The notes beneath the pieces were generated by a model. The model had not been told where the DNA came from and ran no database searches. It was given only the letters and a program-made list of their open reading frames with translations. From Rickettsiales bacterium (GTDB lineage: Bacteria > Pseudomonadota > Alphaproteobacteria > Rs-D84), in NCBI GenBank assembly GCA_031265235.1, contig JAISCX010000013.1, positions 1 through 55,696 on the forward strand: a DNA stretch of 55,696 bases. The letters run 5' to 3'. Below are positions 37,718 to 46,289 of the stretch, one piece after another. The position numbers were made by a program, and so were the translations under genes. Position 1 is the first letter of the stretch; each line of letters begins with the position of its first letter.

Positions 37718-38227
37718 TTAACTGTCGGCTTTTTCAAATTCTATCCCAAATTTTCTGGCTTCCGGGACAGATTCGGCAATCGTGTGCTTGAACTCTACCG
37801 ATTCGCCCGCATCCAAAAGCGGCGCCGGCGGCAGAAATTTCTGGACGGCGATGGTATCGCCGTCCTTGTTCTTCATCGCAATTACAAAGTTGGGGATGCC
37901 TTGAATCTTGTCGGTACGGTTTGAAATCCGCCCGCTGACAACCCAATGGCCCAGACCGTTTGCGTCCGAAATCTGACGCACCGGTTCAAGCTTGACGGTC
38001 AACGGGGCGTTTCGGGAAATGTTGCCGGCATGGTGCTTTAAAACGATGGTCGCAGAAAATATGGCGGCCGCCAGCAATGCGCATATGCTGGCGAATATCA
38101 ATAGAAAAGAACCGCCGTTTTTCTTGGGCGGGGTCCATACTTTGCCGCAGCACGCGCATTTGACCGCGCGCGCATTCGGCAAATTCGCCGCGTATTCGGC
38201 ATTGCAAACAGGACATATTATTTTCAT
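37718..38227 (-). CDS. MJ0042-type zinc-ribbon membrane protein with DUF3426-like C-terminal domain
   Basis: CPVC..(17)..CACC ribbon, one TM helix, then a beta-rich domain. Confidence 0.8.
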   Translation of the reverse strand: MKIICPVCNAEYAANLPNARAVKCACCGKVWTPPKKNGGSFLLIFASICALLAAAIFSATIVLKHHAGNISRNAPLTVKLEPVRQISDANGLGHWVVSGRISNRTDKIQGIPNFVIAMKNKDGDTIAVQKFLPPAPLLDAGESVEFKHTIAESVPEARKFGIEFEKADS

Positions 38228-38333
38228 AGTGTTTGGTGGCTCGCGCTGGTGGTGCTGATAGGGTAAATATATAGCATATTTATGAATAAATCAAATATTT
38301 CATACAGTAAAATAATGCCGCCGCAATCACGGT

Positions 38334-39692
38334 CTATTCCAAGTTCAGCTGATTGTATTTCATGCGGACGCGCGTTTCCATGTCCGACAGGGCGTTCATA
38401 AAATCGGACACGGTCGCGTTCGTATTTGCCGCGACGGCGGACATTATTTTTTCGGATTCTGTTTTTTTTACGGACGACTCGTTCTTGACCGCGGAAACCA
38501 TCATCCCCGAAAGCGAAGGAAAGGACATATCCTGCATTACCGCGACGCTATCAGCAAGGTCCCAATACAGATCGGCGTTTGCGGAATCTTCGATGCGGTC
38601 GCGCACGGACAGACGCGGCGTCACCGAACCCGCGAATCCGACGCTGACGAACAGCGCGGATATGCGCCCGCCGGTCATGTCCAAAGTTTGATTGACGGAA
38701 AGTGTCGCAAGCTTTCCGTCCGCAGGCAGCGATATTCCGGATAACGACAAATCCCCGGCCCACATCTCTCTGGCGTTCACGCCGGCAAACCGCGCGGTTT
38801 GACTGACCGTTATTTTGTCGGCTTTCAAAGCCCTGGAATCGGACGACAGCGCGCCATTCACGATCGTATCCCCGGATACTGTTATTTTCCCATCCAGCGT
38901 CGGTCTGTTTTCAATCGCTGCGCGGTCGGCCGATATGTTGTCCGTGTTCATGAATTCCGAAAAGTTTGCCGTTTCCGCCGCCAAAGTCCGCGCGTTTACA
39001 ATATTGTGCCCGCCAAGCGACAAATCGCTTGCCATTGTTGCGTCAAGCGCGTTGTCCGTCGCCACCCTTTTTATAAATTCATCCCCTGCGCGCGACACCG
39101 GCGTCATATCCAGCACGGCATTGTTTGAAAAATTGGCGTTCCATATATGGACGTTCTGCGTCCAGGTGCCGAATGCGCCGTATGCCTTTAATCCTTCGGC
39201 AAAGCCTGCGGCTTCGCCCGATAATTCCGCCACTTCGCGTGTGCGCAGCGCCGACATGTCGCTGTTTTCCATGATTACGATGCCTTGCAGAAACGACCGT
39301 CCGGCGCGGTCAGCGGTCTTTATAACGCGCAGCTGATATTTTTCGGATTTGTTTATCGCGTCAATGCCCAGCCCATATTCGGCAAGATCCGAAATGGATA
39401 CGCGCTTGACATTTCTGGTGATCGTCGCGGTCATCGCCGCTTTCTTGTCTTCGATGTATCGTTCCAGCGCGGATTTTACCAACGCCATGTCGCGTGCGAT
39501 TCTGATGTTTTCCGCGCGGCGGACCCGGGCCGTTTCCGTCCGCAGTAAAAACGGCAGCATGGCGGCCGCCAGCGAAAGCGCCAGCAAAAATTCCACCATC
39601 ATGCCGCCATGCTGCGCACGCGCCGCGCCGCGGCGAGAGAAGACGGAAAAGGAAAGAGAGAAGAAAGATTTATTCAATCGGTGCCCCCGCAA
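38334..39692 (-). CDS. Large prepilin-like protein C
   Basis: N-terminus ..AQHG|GMMVEFLLALSLAAAMLPF, repeat-rich C-terminal half. The TTG start at 39692 overlaps gene B by 23 nt; the alternative ATG at 39602 would leave no leader. Confidence 0.7.
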   Translation of the reverse strand: MRGHRLNKSFFSLSFSVFSRRGAARAQHGGMMVEFLLALSLAAAMLPFLLRTETARVRRAENIRIARDMALVKSALERYIEDKKAAMTATITRNVKRVSISDLAEYGLGIDAINKSEKYQLRVIKTADRAGRSFLQGIVIMENSDMSALRTREVAELSGEAAGFAEGLKAYGAFGTWTQNVHIWNANFSNNAVLDMTPVSRAGDEFIKRVATDNALDATMASDLSLGGHNIVNARTLAAETANFSEFMNTDNISADRAAIENRPTLDGKITVSGDTIVNGALSSDSRALKADKITVSQTARFAGVNAREMWAGDLSLSGISLPADGKLATLSVNQTLDMTGGRISALFVSVGFAGSVTPRLSVRDRIEDSANADLYWDLADSVAVMQDMSFPSLSGMMVSAVKNESSVKKTESEKIMSAVAANTNATVSDFMNALSDMETRVRMKYNQLNLE

Positions 39693-40995
39693 TTTTGGTT
39701 TTCAGGCTTTTCCATCCGCTGCCCAGAATCTTGTTGTATTCCGTTTCGTTAATCGCTGTCTTGTTTAAAACATCCCCCCCGGATTTTTTCAAGACCAGTG
39801 CGGAAAATCTTGGGTTTGAAGACGACGGGAAACTCCAATTGCCAAGTTTCAAGGGGCCGGAAGAATATCCGCCGGCCAGTTCGCTGGATATGGTGATACC
39901 GAAACCGTTTGCAAAATGCATTTGATCCGCAGAGATGAACGGCACGGACGCGGAATATGCCGAAATTACGGAAAACCCGGATACCGTCCGCGCGGACGTT
40001 GTCCGCAGGGTCAGGTTCCGGCCCACATGCACCGCGTCCGCGATGCTGGCCCTGTCTGCGATCATGTTACCCTGCGACGACCAGTTTGACGAAATGCCCG
40101 CGCCTTCAAACCTGTTCGTTTCAATATTGCGGAACCCGAGAACATCGCCGGAAACTTTTAAATAATTGAACATCGCATCGGACGGGTCAATGTTCGCGCC
40201 GTTTGGAAAAACAGCATCAGCTGCGTCAAAGATATCCGCGTTCGCAAACCATGCGGCCGCCATTTTTGAATCAAGGGACAACGAATGCAGCGCATCTATG
40301 TCAACAAGATTGCGTCGGCCCATGTTCAAGTCGCGTTCCATCGTGTTCAGCCTGTCGTCGTCCAGCTTCATCCTGTGCAGATAAAGACCCGCGGCATCGT
40401 CGGATATTGTGGTCGACACGCGGTATACGATGTCGTGTTGAAGAAAGCTTTCCGATTCGATGCTGAATCCGCCGGCGACGGAATATGCGACGCCGAACTC
40501 GTTCACGATGGCGGCGTCGGTTCCCAGATTTTTTGCGATTTTCGCGATGCGGATTTCCGACATCGTGCCCCCGCGGAATATCAGGTAAGAATCGATCGTC
40601 GTGCCTGCCTTGTGCTTGTATTTATCAAGAAACGCGGCATATGGAATCAAATTTCCCTTTCCTTCTTCCCCAAGTATTTTATACATTTCATCCTGATCAA
40701 GATCCACCTCGGCGTCTTGCGGCCAGTCGGCCTGGTTTTTTCGCACGTATCCAGCGATTCTGTCTTTCCATAAAACAATTTCCTTGGCGGCCGTTATGTC
40801 TTGTATCTCGCGGCTTGTTTCCGCAATACGGTTGTAAACAAAAGGCGTCATCAAAGCGACAAGGCCGATGGCGAGAAGCGTTTCCAATAGATTGCTGCCA
40901 CGTTCGCAGTGGGAACGGGATACTGGATACGCGCAAAAAAATGCAACGAACTTTCGCATCTTGTCCCTCGCATTTCGTCTTTCGTATTTCAGCAT
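39670..40995 (-). CDS. Large prepilin-like protein B
   Basis: ATG at 40995 overlaps the gene A stop (ATGCTGA), with a purine-rich RBS. N-terminus ..CERG|SNLLETLLAIGLVALMTPF. Confidence 0.75.
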   Translation of the reverse strand: MLKYERRNARDKMRKFVAFFCAYPVSRSHCERGSNLLETLLAIGLVALMTPFVYNRIAETSREIQDITAAKEIVLWKDRIAGYVRKNQADWPQDAEVDLDQDEMYKILGEEGKGNLIPYAAFLDKYKHKAGTTIDSYLIFRGGTMSEIRIAKIAKNLGTDAAIVNEFGVAYSVAGGFSIESESFLQHDIVYRVSTTISDDAAGLYLHRMKLDDDRLNTMERDLNMGRRNLVDIDALHSLSLDSKMAAAWFANADIFDAADAVFPNGANIDPSDAMFNYLKVSGDVLGFRNIETNRFEGAGISSNWSSQGNMIADRASIADAVHVGRNLTLRTTSARTVSGFSVISAYSASVPFISADQMHFANGFGITISSELAGGYSSGPLKLGNWSFPSSSNPRFSALVLKKSGGDVLNKTAINETEYNKILGSGWKSLKTKIAGAPIE

Positions 40996-42452
40996 CCGCC
41001 CTTTCCTTCCAACATGCATTTTTTCAAATCTATCCTGCGTTCCAGTCTTTGCCAGAATACATACCGGCAAACGATGTTTTGCGATAATGATTTTTGATTG
41101 TATGCAACGCCGCCGGTCAGCGCGCCGATGATATTCCGGCACCCGGTCACCGCGCCGGAATCGTCGTCGATTTGTGATGGAATCCCGATCGCGTTGTTGT
41201 CTATGCCGTCAATGGTGATGTCCGGCAGAACGGACACCCCCCCAAGGCGCAAGTCGATCAAAACCGGTCCGGTGCCGCCATTTAAAAGACCGCTTGACGT
41301 CTGGTCGCGCAGCGTCAGATTTGCGGCAGAGACAACGTTCGCTTCTATCCCGCTTTTAGAGGCATAGGTCAAATCGTATTCGTTTATGAAAACATCCTGG
41401 CCGCGGCTGGCGTTTATAAATCCGCTGACTTCCAATTGTTCTGCATCCAGTGTCACGTTTTCCAATACGGCGTTGCCTTTGACTTCCCATTTGGCGGGGC
41501 CGTTGAATCCGGTTCTGCCGGCCGCCATTGAAAAGTCATATACGGACAGCGTGTCCGCGGTCAGATTTCCCGCGTCCCCGTATTTTGATATCGAAGACGA
41601 CGACAGGTTTCCCGCGTTTAAAATTCCCTTGGTGACGTTCATGGAATCGCCGAAAACGGCGCGCCGGATATTGAACGCCCCGAATCTGTTTCGCATTTTT
41701 TTCCCGTCTTCCATCCCGGATAATCTGATGTCGCCTGCAAGGATTGTTTTGAAATTCCCTTCGCGCGCAGAGATGTCGTTTATTCCCTTTATATCGTATC
41801 CCCCCATGATCAGGTCTGTATGGAACTTGTTGTCTTCTGTATTTTTCGATCTTTTTGCGACCAGTTCCGACAGTTCGCGAAATGCCGGAACGCGGACATA
41901 GATAGTGTTTTTGTCCGGACGCCAGCCGAATTCTTCGGTTCTTATTTCCCAACCGCCGGTGGCGCCGCGTAGGATTTTTTCATCCGCATCGAATTCTGCC
42001 GCCCAAAAGCCGATGCGGACGGCAAGTTCCGCCATGGCGGCGGCGCTTGTCTTTGGGTCGGATATGCCGATGAATGACAGCGTCTCGGATTCGCTTTTAA
42101 CGGTCGTCATAAAGATATTTTGCCCGAAAGGTGTCTTTGGAACAAACCCCAGCGAAAGCCCGTAAGATTCCAGCGCGTCCGTAAATTTGTCGTCTTTGAA
42201 TATTGCGACCCCGTATGGCATCCGGTCGGCATTGTCGCGGATGAATTCGCGCGCGGCGCCCGCCGCCGCTTCGATCTGGGCGGTTGTGGCCGCCATTCTG
42301 GATGCGAATTCATTGCCGGATATTTTGCGGACAAGAAAAGGCATGAACGCGATGACAAGTGCCAGCGCCAGCAAGGCTTGGAGCATGAAATTACCACGCT
42401 TGGCGCGCGCGTCGTGATAAGCGATGCGTGATAAGTGATACATGAGATGCAA
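40989..42452 (-). CDS. Large prepilin-like protein A
   Basis: AGGAGG lies 6 nt before the TTG at 42452 (first ATG at 42443). N-terminus ..AKRG|NFMLQALLALALVIAFMPF. Confidence 0.75.
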   Translation of the reverse strand: MHLMYHLSRIAYHDARAKRGNFMLQALLALALVIAFMPFLVRKISGNEFASRMAATTAQIEAAAGAAREFIRDNADRMPYGVAIFKDDKFTDALESYGLSLGFVPKTPFGQNIFMTTVKSESETLSFIGISDPKTSAAAMAELAVRIGFWAAEFDADEKILRGATGGWEIRTEEFGWRPDKNTIYVRVPAFRELSELVAKRSKNTEDNKFHTDLIMGGYDIKGINDISAREGNFKTILAGDIRLSGMEDGKKMRNRFGAFNIRRAVFGDSMNVTKGILNAGNLSSSSISKYGDAGNLTADTLSVYDFSMAAGRTGFNGPAKWEVKGNAVLENVTLDAEQLEVSGFINASRGQDVFINEYDLTYASKSGIEANVVSAANLTLRDQTSSGLLNGGTGPVLIDLRLGGVSVLPDITIDGIDNNAIGIPSQIDDDSGAVTGCRNIIGALTGGVAYNQKSLSQNIVCRYVFWQRLERRIDLKKCMLEGKGGC

Positions 42453-42604
42453 AACATCCCTCCTACGAGGAATAGGATAGCCGTTTAAAATTTTTATTGC
42501 AATTAGTTTTAAGATGGTTTATGTTTGGCTGGTTCAAGCTGATATGTGAACAAATAGATTCCATAGTTTTTTAGCTGTTAGTTTTATTTAAAGGAAGACT
42601 TCCT

Positions 42605-42895
42605 ATGCAATATAAGAGAAATCAAATGTCTGTCGGGCTGATGATTCAGCGGTGCCATCGCTGGCGCCAAAAGCGCAAAACGTATCTGGATCAGGCGCGC
42701 CAAACGCAGGACGAGATAGAGCGCGAGCGTCTGTTGCAGCTTGCCGAACATTACGGCCGCATTGTCAGCGACGAACAGGGAAAGATTGATACGACCCGCG
42801 GCCCCGGCAAAAACGACCAGGCGTCGGGCGTCGGGGATGATGAAAAAGAAGATGACGATGACGAATCGTTCCCGGATTTTTTAAAGCAATTGTAA
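42605..42895 (+). CDS. Small DUF4167-like protein with acidic tail
   Basis: ERLLQLAEHYGRIV resembles the AE.YLQHAEHY.R core of DUF4167. The tail is DDEKEDDDDE. Confidence 0.6.
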   Translation: MQYKRNQMSVGLMIQRCHRWRQKRKTYLDQARQTQDEIERERLLQLAEHYGRIVSDEQGKIDTTRGPGKNDQASGVGDDEKEDDDDESFPDFLKQL

Positions 42896-42897
42896 TT

Positions 42898-42987
42898 AAA
42901 AGTGCAAGTGTCAGCGCAAATAGTTCGGATTATTGGGCGGGTTGTGTAATTCTATCCGAACCAACTTGCGCTTGCACTTGCACTTTT
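42898..42987. repeat. GTGCAA-unit palindromic element
   Basis: AAAAGTGCAAGTGTCAGCGCAAATAGTTCGGAT ... ATCCGAACCAACTTGCGCTTGCACTTGCACTTTT. It shares AGCGCAAAYAGTTCGGATT with 19531..19606. Confidence 0.7.
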
Positions 42988-43007
42988 CCTTGTTTATACT
43001 GAATCCC

Positions 43008-44102
43008 ATGAAAATCCTTGACCGTTATTTTACGCGCCAGCTGGCGATGTTCTCTGTAATGCTGCTGCTGGTTTTATCCGGCCTGGCATGGATGATGCAG
43101 ATACTTTCCATGCTGAAGTTTCTGATTCAATACGGAATCGATCTTTGGGGTTTTCTGGGGCTGACCGTTTTAATGCTGCCTTTTATAATTTCCATAATAT
43201 TGCCGTTCGCCATATTTATCACGGTAATGTTCGTATATAACAGAATGATAGCAGATCAGGAAATTGCCGCCATGGCGGCCAGCGGCCTGTCCCCTATGCA
43301 GCTGGCGCGGCCGGCGATAACATTGGCCGGGATTCTGGCGGTCGCGCATCTTGTTCTGAACATTTGGATCGTGCCTGCGACGCAGGTAAGGTTTTTTGAT
43401 AAACAGTGGGAAATGCGCTATGGGCTTGCGCACTTGAAGCTTCAAGAATCAACGTTCACCCAGATGTCCAAGGGGCTTGTAGTTTTTGTGGAAAAAGTCA
43501 AAAGCCATGATTTGTTCGGCCTGATGCTTTTTGATGCGCGCAACAAAGCGTCCGAAATGACAATTTCCGCGGGGGTTGGAAAAATGGTAAACACCGACCG
43601 GGGGCTGTCCATGGTCATGACGAACGGCAGCATTCAATATCGCGACAGTGGATTTATCATCGGAACGTTCGATTCGTTTGACATGGATATGAACGTGTCG
43701 GACAAGGGCAATGACACAAAGTTCAGGGCCCGTCGCACCCCGACCTTGGAATTAATATCTGTCGTCCGATCCGGGTGGAATTTGGACGCAAAAGGATACA
43801 AGGACGCAATATCGGAACTGGCGACCCGGTTTCTTGGGCCGCTGATGGGGGTCATATTGGTTTTGATCGGCATGGCTGTCCTGTTAAAGTCGTCGCTTTT
43901 GCGCAGATCAGGATTCAACATGGCTTCCCCTGCGGCCGTTGTCCTTATCGCCGCGGCCCAGACCTTGTTCATGATGCTGTTGGATATGATTGTCGGAATC
44001 CGCGGATTGTTTGCGCTCTGCGGGCTGCAGATTGCCGCGATAATTATTTTACTATTTGTCCTGATGGGAAAAAGAGAAAAGGGCAGAGAGAAAAGAGAAT
44101 AA
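43008..44102 (+). CDS. LPS export permease, LptF/LptG family
   Basis: Start moved to MKILDRYFTRQL. Six TM helices plus a periplasmic domain, directly upstream of lptD. Confidence 0.88.
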   Translation: MKILDRYFTRQLAMFSVMLLLVLSGLAWMMQILSMLKFLIQYGIDLWGFLGLTVLMLPFIISIILPFAIFITVMFVYNRMIADQEIAAMAASGLSPMQLARPAITLAGILAVAHLVLNIWIVPATQVRFFDKQWEMRYGLAHLKLQESTFTQMSKGLVVFVEKVKSHDLFGLMLFDARNKASEMTISAGVGKMVNTDRGLSMVMTNGSIQYRDSGFIIGTFDSFDMDMNVSDKGNDTKFRARRTPTLELISVVRSGWNLDAKGYKDAISELATRFLGPLMGVILVLIGMAVLLKSSLLRRSGFNMASPAAVVLIAAAQTLFMMLLDMIVGIRGLFALCGLQIAAIIILLFVLMGKREKGREKRE

Positions 44103-44186
44103 GGAATGCAGGGACAATTCCGCTGTTTTTCCGGGACCGTTTATGCCGCATTTGTTTTTGCGCTGTTGTTTCCCCTTTCCCTCTTT
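44066..44186. repeat. Purine/pyrimidine heptamer palindrome spanning the lptF/G stop and the lptD signal peptide
   Basis: GGGAAAAAGAGAAAAGGGCAGAGAGAAAAGAGA encodes GKREKGREKRE-stop. TTTCCCCTTTCCCTCTTT encodes LFPLSLF. Confidence 0.5.
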
Positions 44187-46181
44187 GCCGCGACCATCGA
44201 TCAGAACGGGCCAAAGGCGGTCATCGCGGATAAAATAGAATATAATGTGCGTGACAAATCAATAAAGACGGCCGGAAATACAGAGGTTTGGACAAAATCG
44301 GGACAAAGGATGACCCTTGCTGATGCATACGTTGACGAAGGCGGCGTAATCGCATATGGAACGTCCGCCGAGATATTTCTGAATTCCAAAACGCGGATCC
44401 GGGCCGCCGAGATTGTAAAATCCGGTGATGTCACCACGGCGGAAAGAATAACGTATACCGCATGCCACAGCTGCGAAACAAAAGTGAACGCGTGGGAGAT
44501 TTCAGCCGCGCGCCTGAAACACGACAACGAAACCCATTACATGCATTTTGAAAATCCTGTATTCCGTACTTATGGCATTCCGGTCTTTTGGTTTCCTTAC
44601 ATGACTTATCCGGATCCGACCATACGTCATAAAAGTGGTTTGTTGTTGCCATATATCAATTCAACAAACAATATGGGGACGCAGATTAACATTCCGCTGT
44701 ATATCGCTGTTTCCGATACGCACGATTTTACATTTACCGCGTCGTACTTGACGGCCGAAAATCCGTTGTGGCAGTTAGAGCACAGGCTGAACGCGAATCG
44801 TTCCAGATTCAGAACCGCCGGTTCTTTCACCAGTAATCAGGAAGGCTTGAACCGCTGGCATATGTTCAATGACGACGAGATAGAGCTGGGGACACATGCG
44901 CGGGCAGAGATTTTCTTTCAACGCACTTCTGACAAGACGTATTTGCAAAAATACGGGTTTTATGACGCCCAGCCGTATCTTGATTCCGGTGGCCGCGTCG
45001 AGTTGTTTGCAGAATCCGGATATGTTTCGACAGAGGTTCATTTTTTTCAGGAATTGCGCGCCTTTTCCAGCAAATACAGCAATTATGGAAATCTGACCGA
45101 CCCGTCTGGTGATATTCTGCCGAATATTCATGGCGTTTTCCAGACCATGCCGCTGTTCGCAGACACATACATGTCGTTCATGGGCGATATGATAGGCATT
45201 AATAATTCGGATACGGGATCCGCGACGCAGCGTATGCTGGGCGCGGCCGTTATAACGTCGCCTTGGACACTATTTTGGGGACAAAAACTGTCCTTGTCCG
45301 GATCGGTGCGGTATGACGTTTATAATTTCATCAATACGGATCTTCTCGACGGCACGAATAATTGGACGGGCATAAAAAACCGCTTTCTGCCAAGCGGATA
45401 CGCCGAATGGTCATGGGCGCTGGTCAACAGGCAAAATAACTGGACCCATGTATTGGAACCGCGTATTCGCGTGACAACCATGGGACAGGTAAAAACGCCG
45501 GCGTTTGCAAATATTGATTCTTCGGGAACGATACTGTCCGACGCGACGCTGTTTTCCGGCAATCGGTTTTCAGGATATGACTTGTGGGAAAACGGGACTT
45601 ACACGGATTATGGTTTAAGCCTGTTCTCGTATTACGGCAGCAATGTCGCCCTGAACGGATTCTTTGGGCAGTCTTATGATTTTTCCCCGCCTATTGATCT
45701 GGACCCGAATTCAGGATTCCATGATGGCTTTTCGGATTATGTCGGGCGCGTCGGCGTGGAATATGACGGCTGGATTTCGCTGAATAACCGATTCCGGTTC
45801 GCGGAAAATAACCTCGGCCTGCGTCATTTGGAAACAGTTGCAAAAATCGGCGCCAGGAATTATATTGAAGGAGGATATATAATCGCGGCGCAACTGCTGG
45901 ACGCGGATACGGTGGACAAGAACATAAGCGAGATTGTCGCCGGATTCGGGATTAATCTGACCGATCGTTTTTCAGCGCGAATCCGCACCATATACAATAT
46001 AACGGATATGCGGATTCAGCGGCAGAATGCAGGAATATATTACGATCATCCGTGTTATACGGTCGCATTCGAATATAACAAGGATGGCGCCGTTCGCGAA
46101 AACCTTGCCGTCGGCGAAAACTATCGTGGAAACACTACATTCAATCTTACGTTTAGTCTGAAGCTGACGGAGACTAAGTGA
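44106..46181 (+). CDS. lptD: LPS-assembly protein LptD
   Basis: OstA-like N-terminal domain and large beta-barrel, 691 aa, conserved lptG-lptD-surA order. Confidence 0.9.
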   Translation: MQGQFRCFSGTVYAAFVFALLFPLSLFAATIDQNGPKAVIADKIEYNVRDKSIKTAGNTEVWTKSGQRMTLADAYVDEGGVIAYGTSAEIFLNSKTRIRAAEIVKSGDVTTAERITYTACHSCETKVNAWEISAARLKHDNETHYMHFENPVFRTYGIPVFWFPYMTYPDPTIRHKSGLLLPYINSTNNMGTQINIPLYIAVSDTHDFTFTASYLTAENPLWQLEHRLNANRSRFRTAGSFTSNQEGLNRWHMFNDDEIELGTHARAEIFFQRTSDKTYLQKYGFYDAQPYLDSGGRVELFAESGYVSTEVHFFQELRAFSSKYSNYGNLTDPSGDILPNIHGVFQTMPLFADTYMSFMGDMIGINNSDTGSATQRMLGAAVITSPWTLFWGQKLSLSGSVRYDVYNFINTDLLDGTNNWTGIKNRFLPSGYAEWSWALVNRQNNWTHVLEPRIRVTTMGQVKTPAFANIDSSGTILSDATLFSGNRFSGYDLWENGTYTDYGLSLFSYYGSNVALNGFFGQSYDFSPPIDLDPNSGFHDGFSDYVGRVGVEYDGWISLNNRFRFAENNLGLRHLETVAKIGARNYIEGGYIIAAQLLDADTVDKNISEIVAGFGINLTDRFSARIRTIYNITDMRIQRQNAGIYYDHPCYTVAFEYNKDGAVRENLAVGENYRGNTTFNLTFSLKLTETK

Positions 46182-46289
46182 AAGAGTGAAAAAAGTGAAA
46201 ACAGTTATCAAACAAAGGAATTTTATTATGAAAAAATTATTAATATTTTCGTTCACTCTTTCACTCTTTCACTTTTTCACTTTTTCACT
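46179..46289. repeat. GTGAAAR-unit palindrome spanning the lptD stop and the SurA-like signal peptide
   Basis: Left arm GTGAAAGAGTGAAAAAAGTGAAAAC. Right arm GTTCACTCTTTCACTCTTTCACTTTTTCACTTTTTCAC encodes FTLSLFHFFTFSL. Confidence 0.75.
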
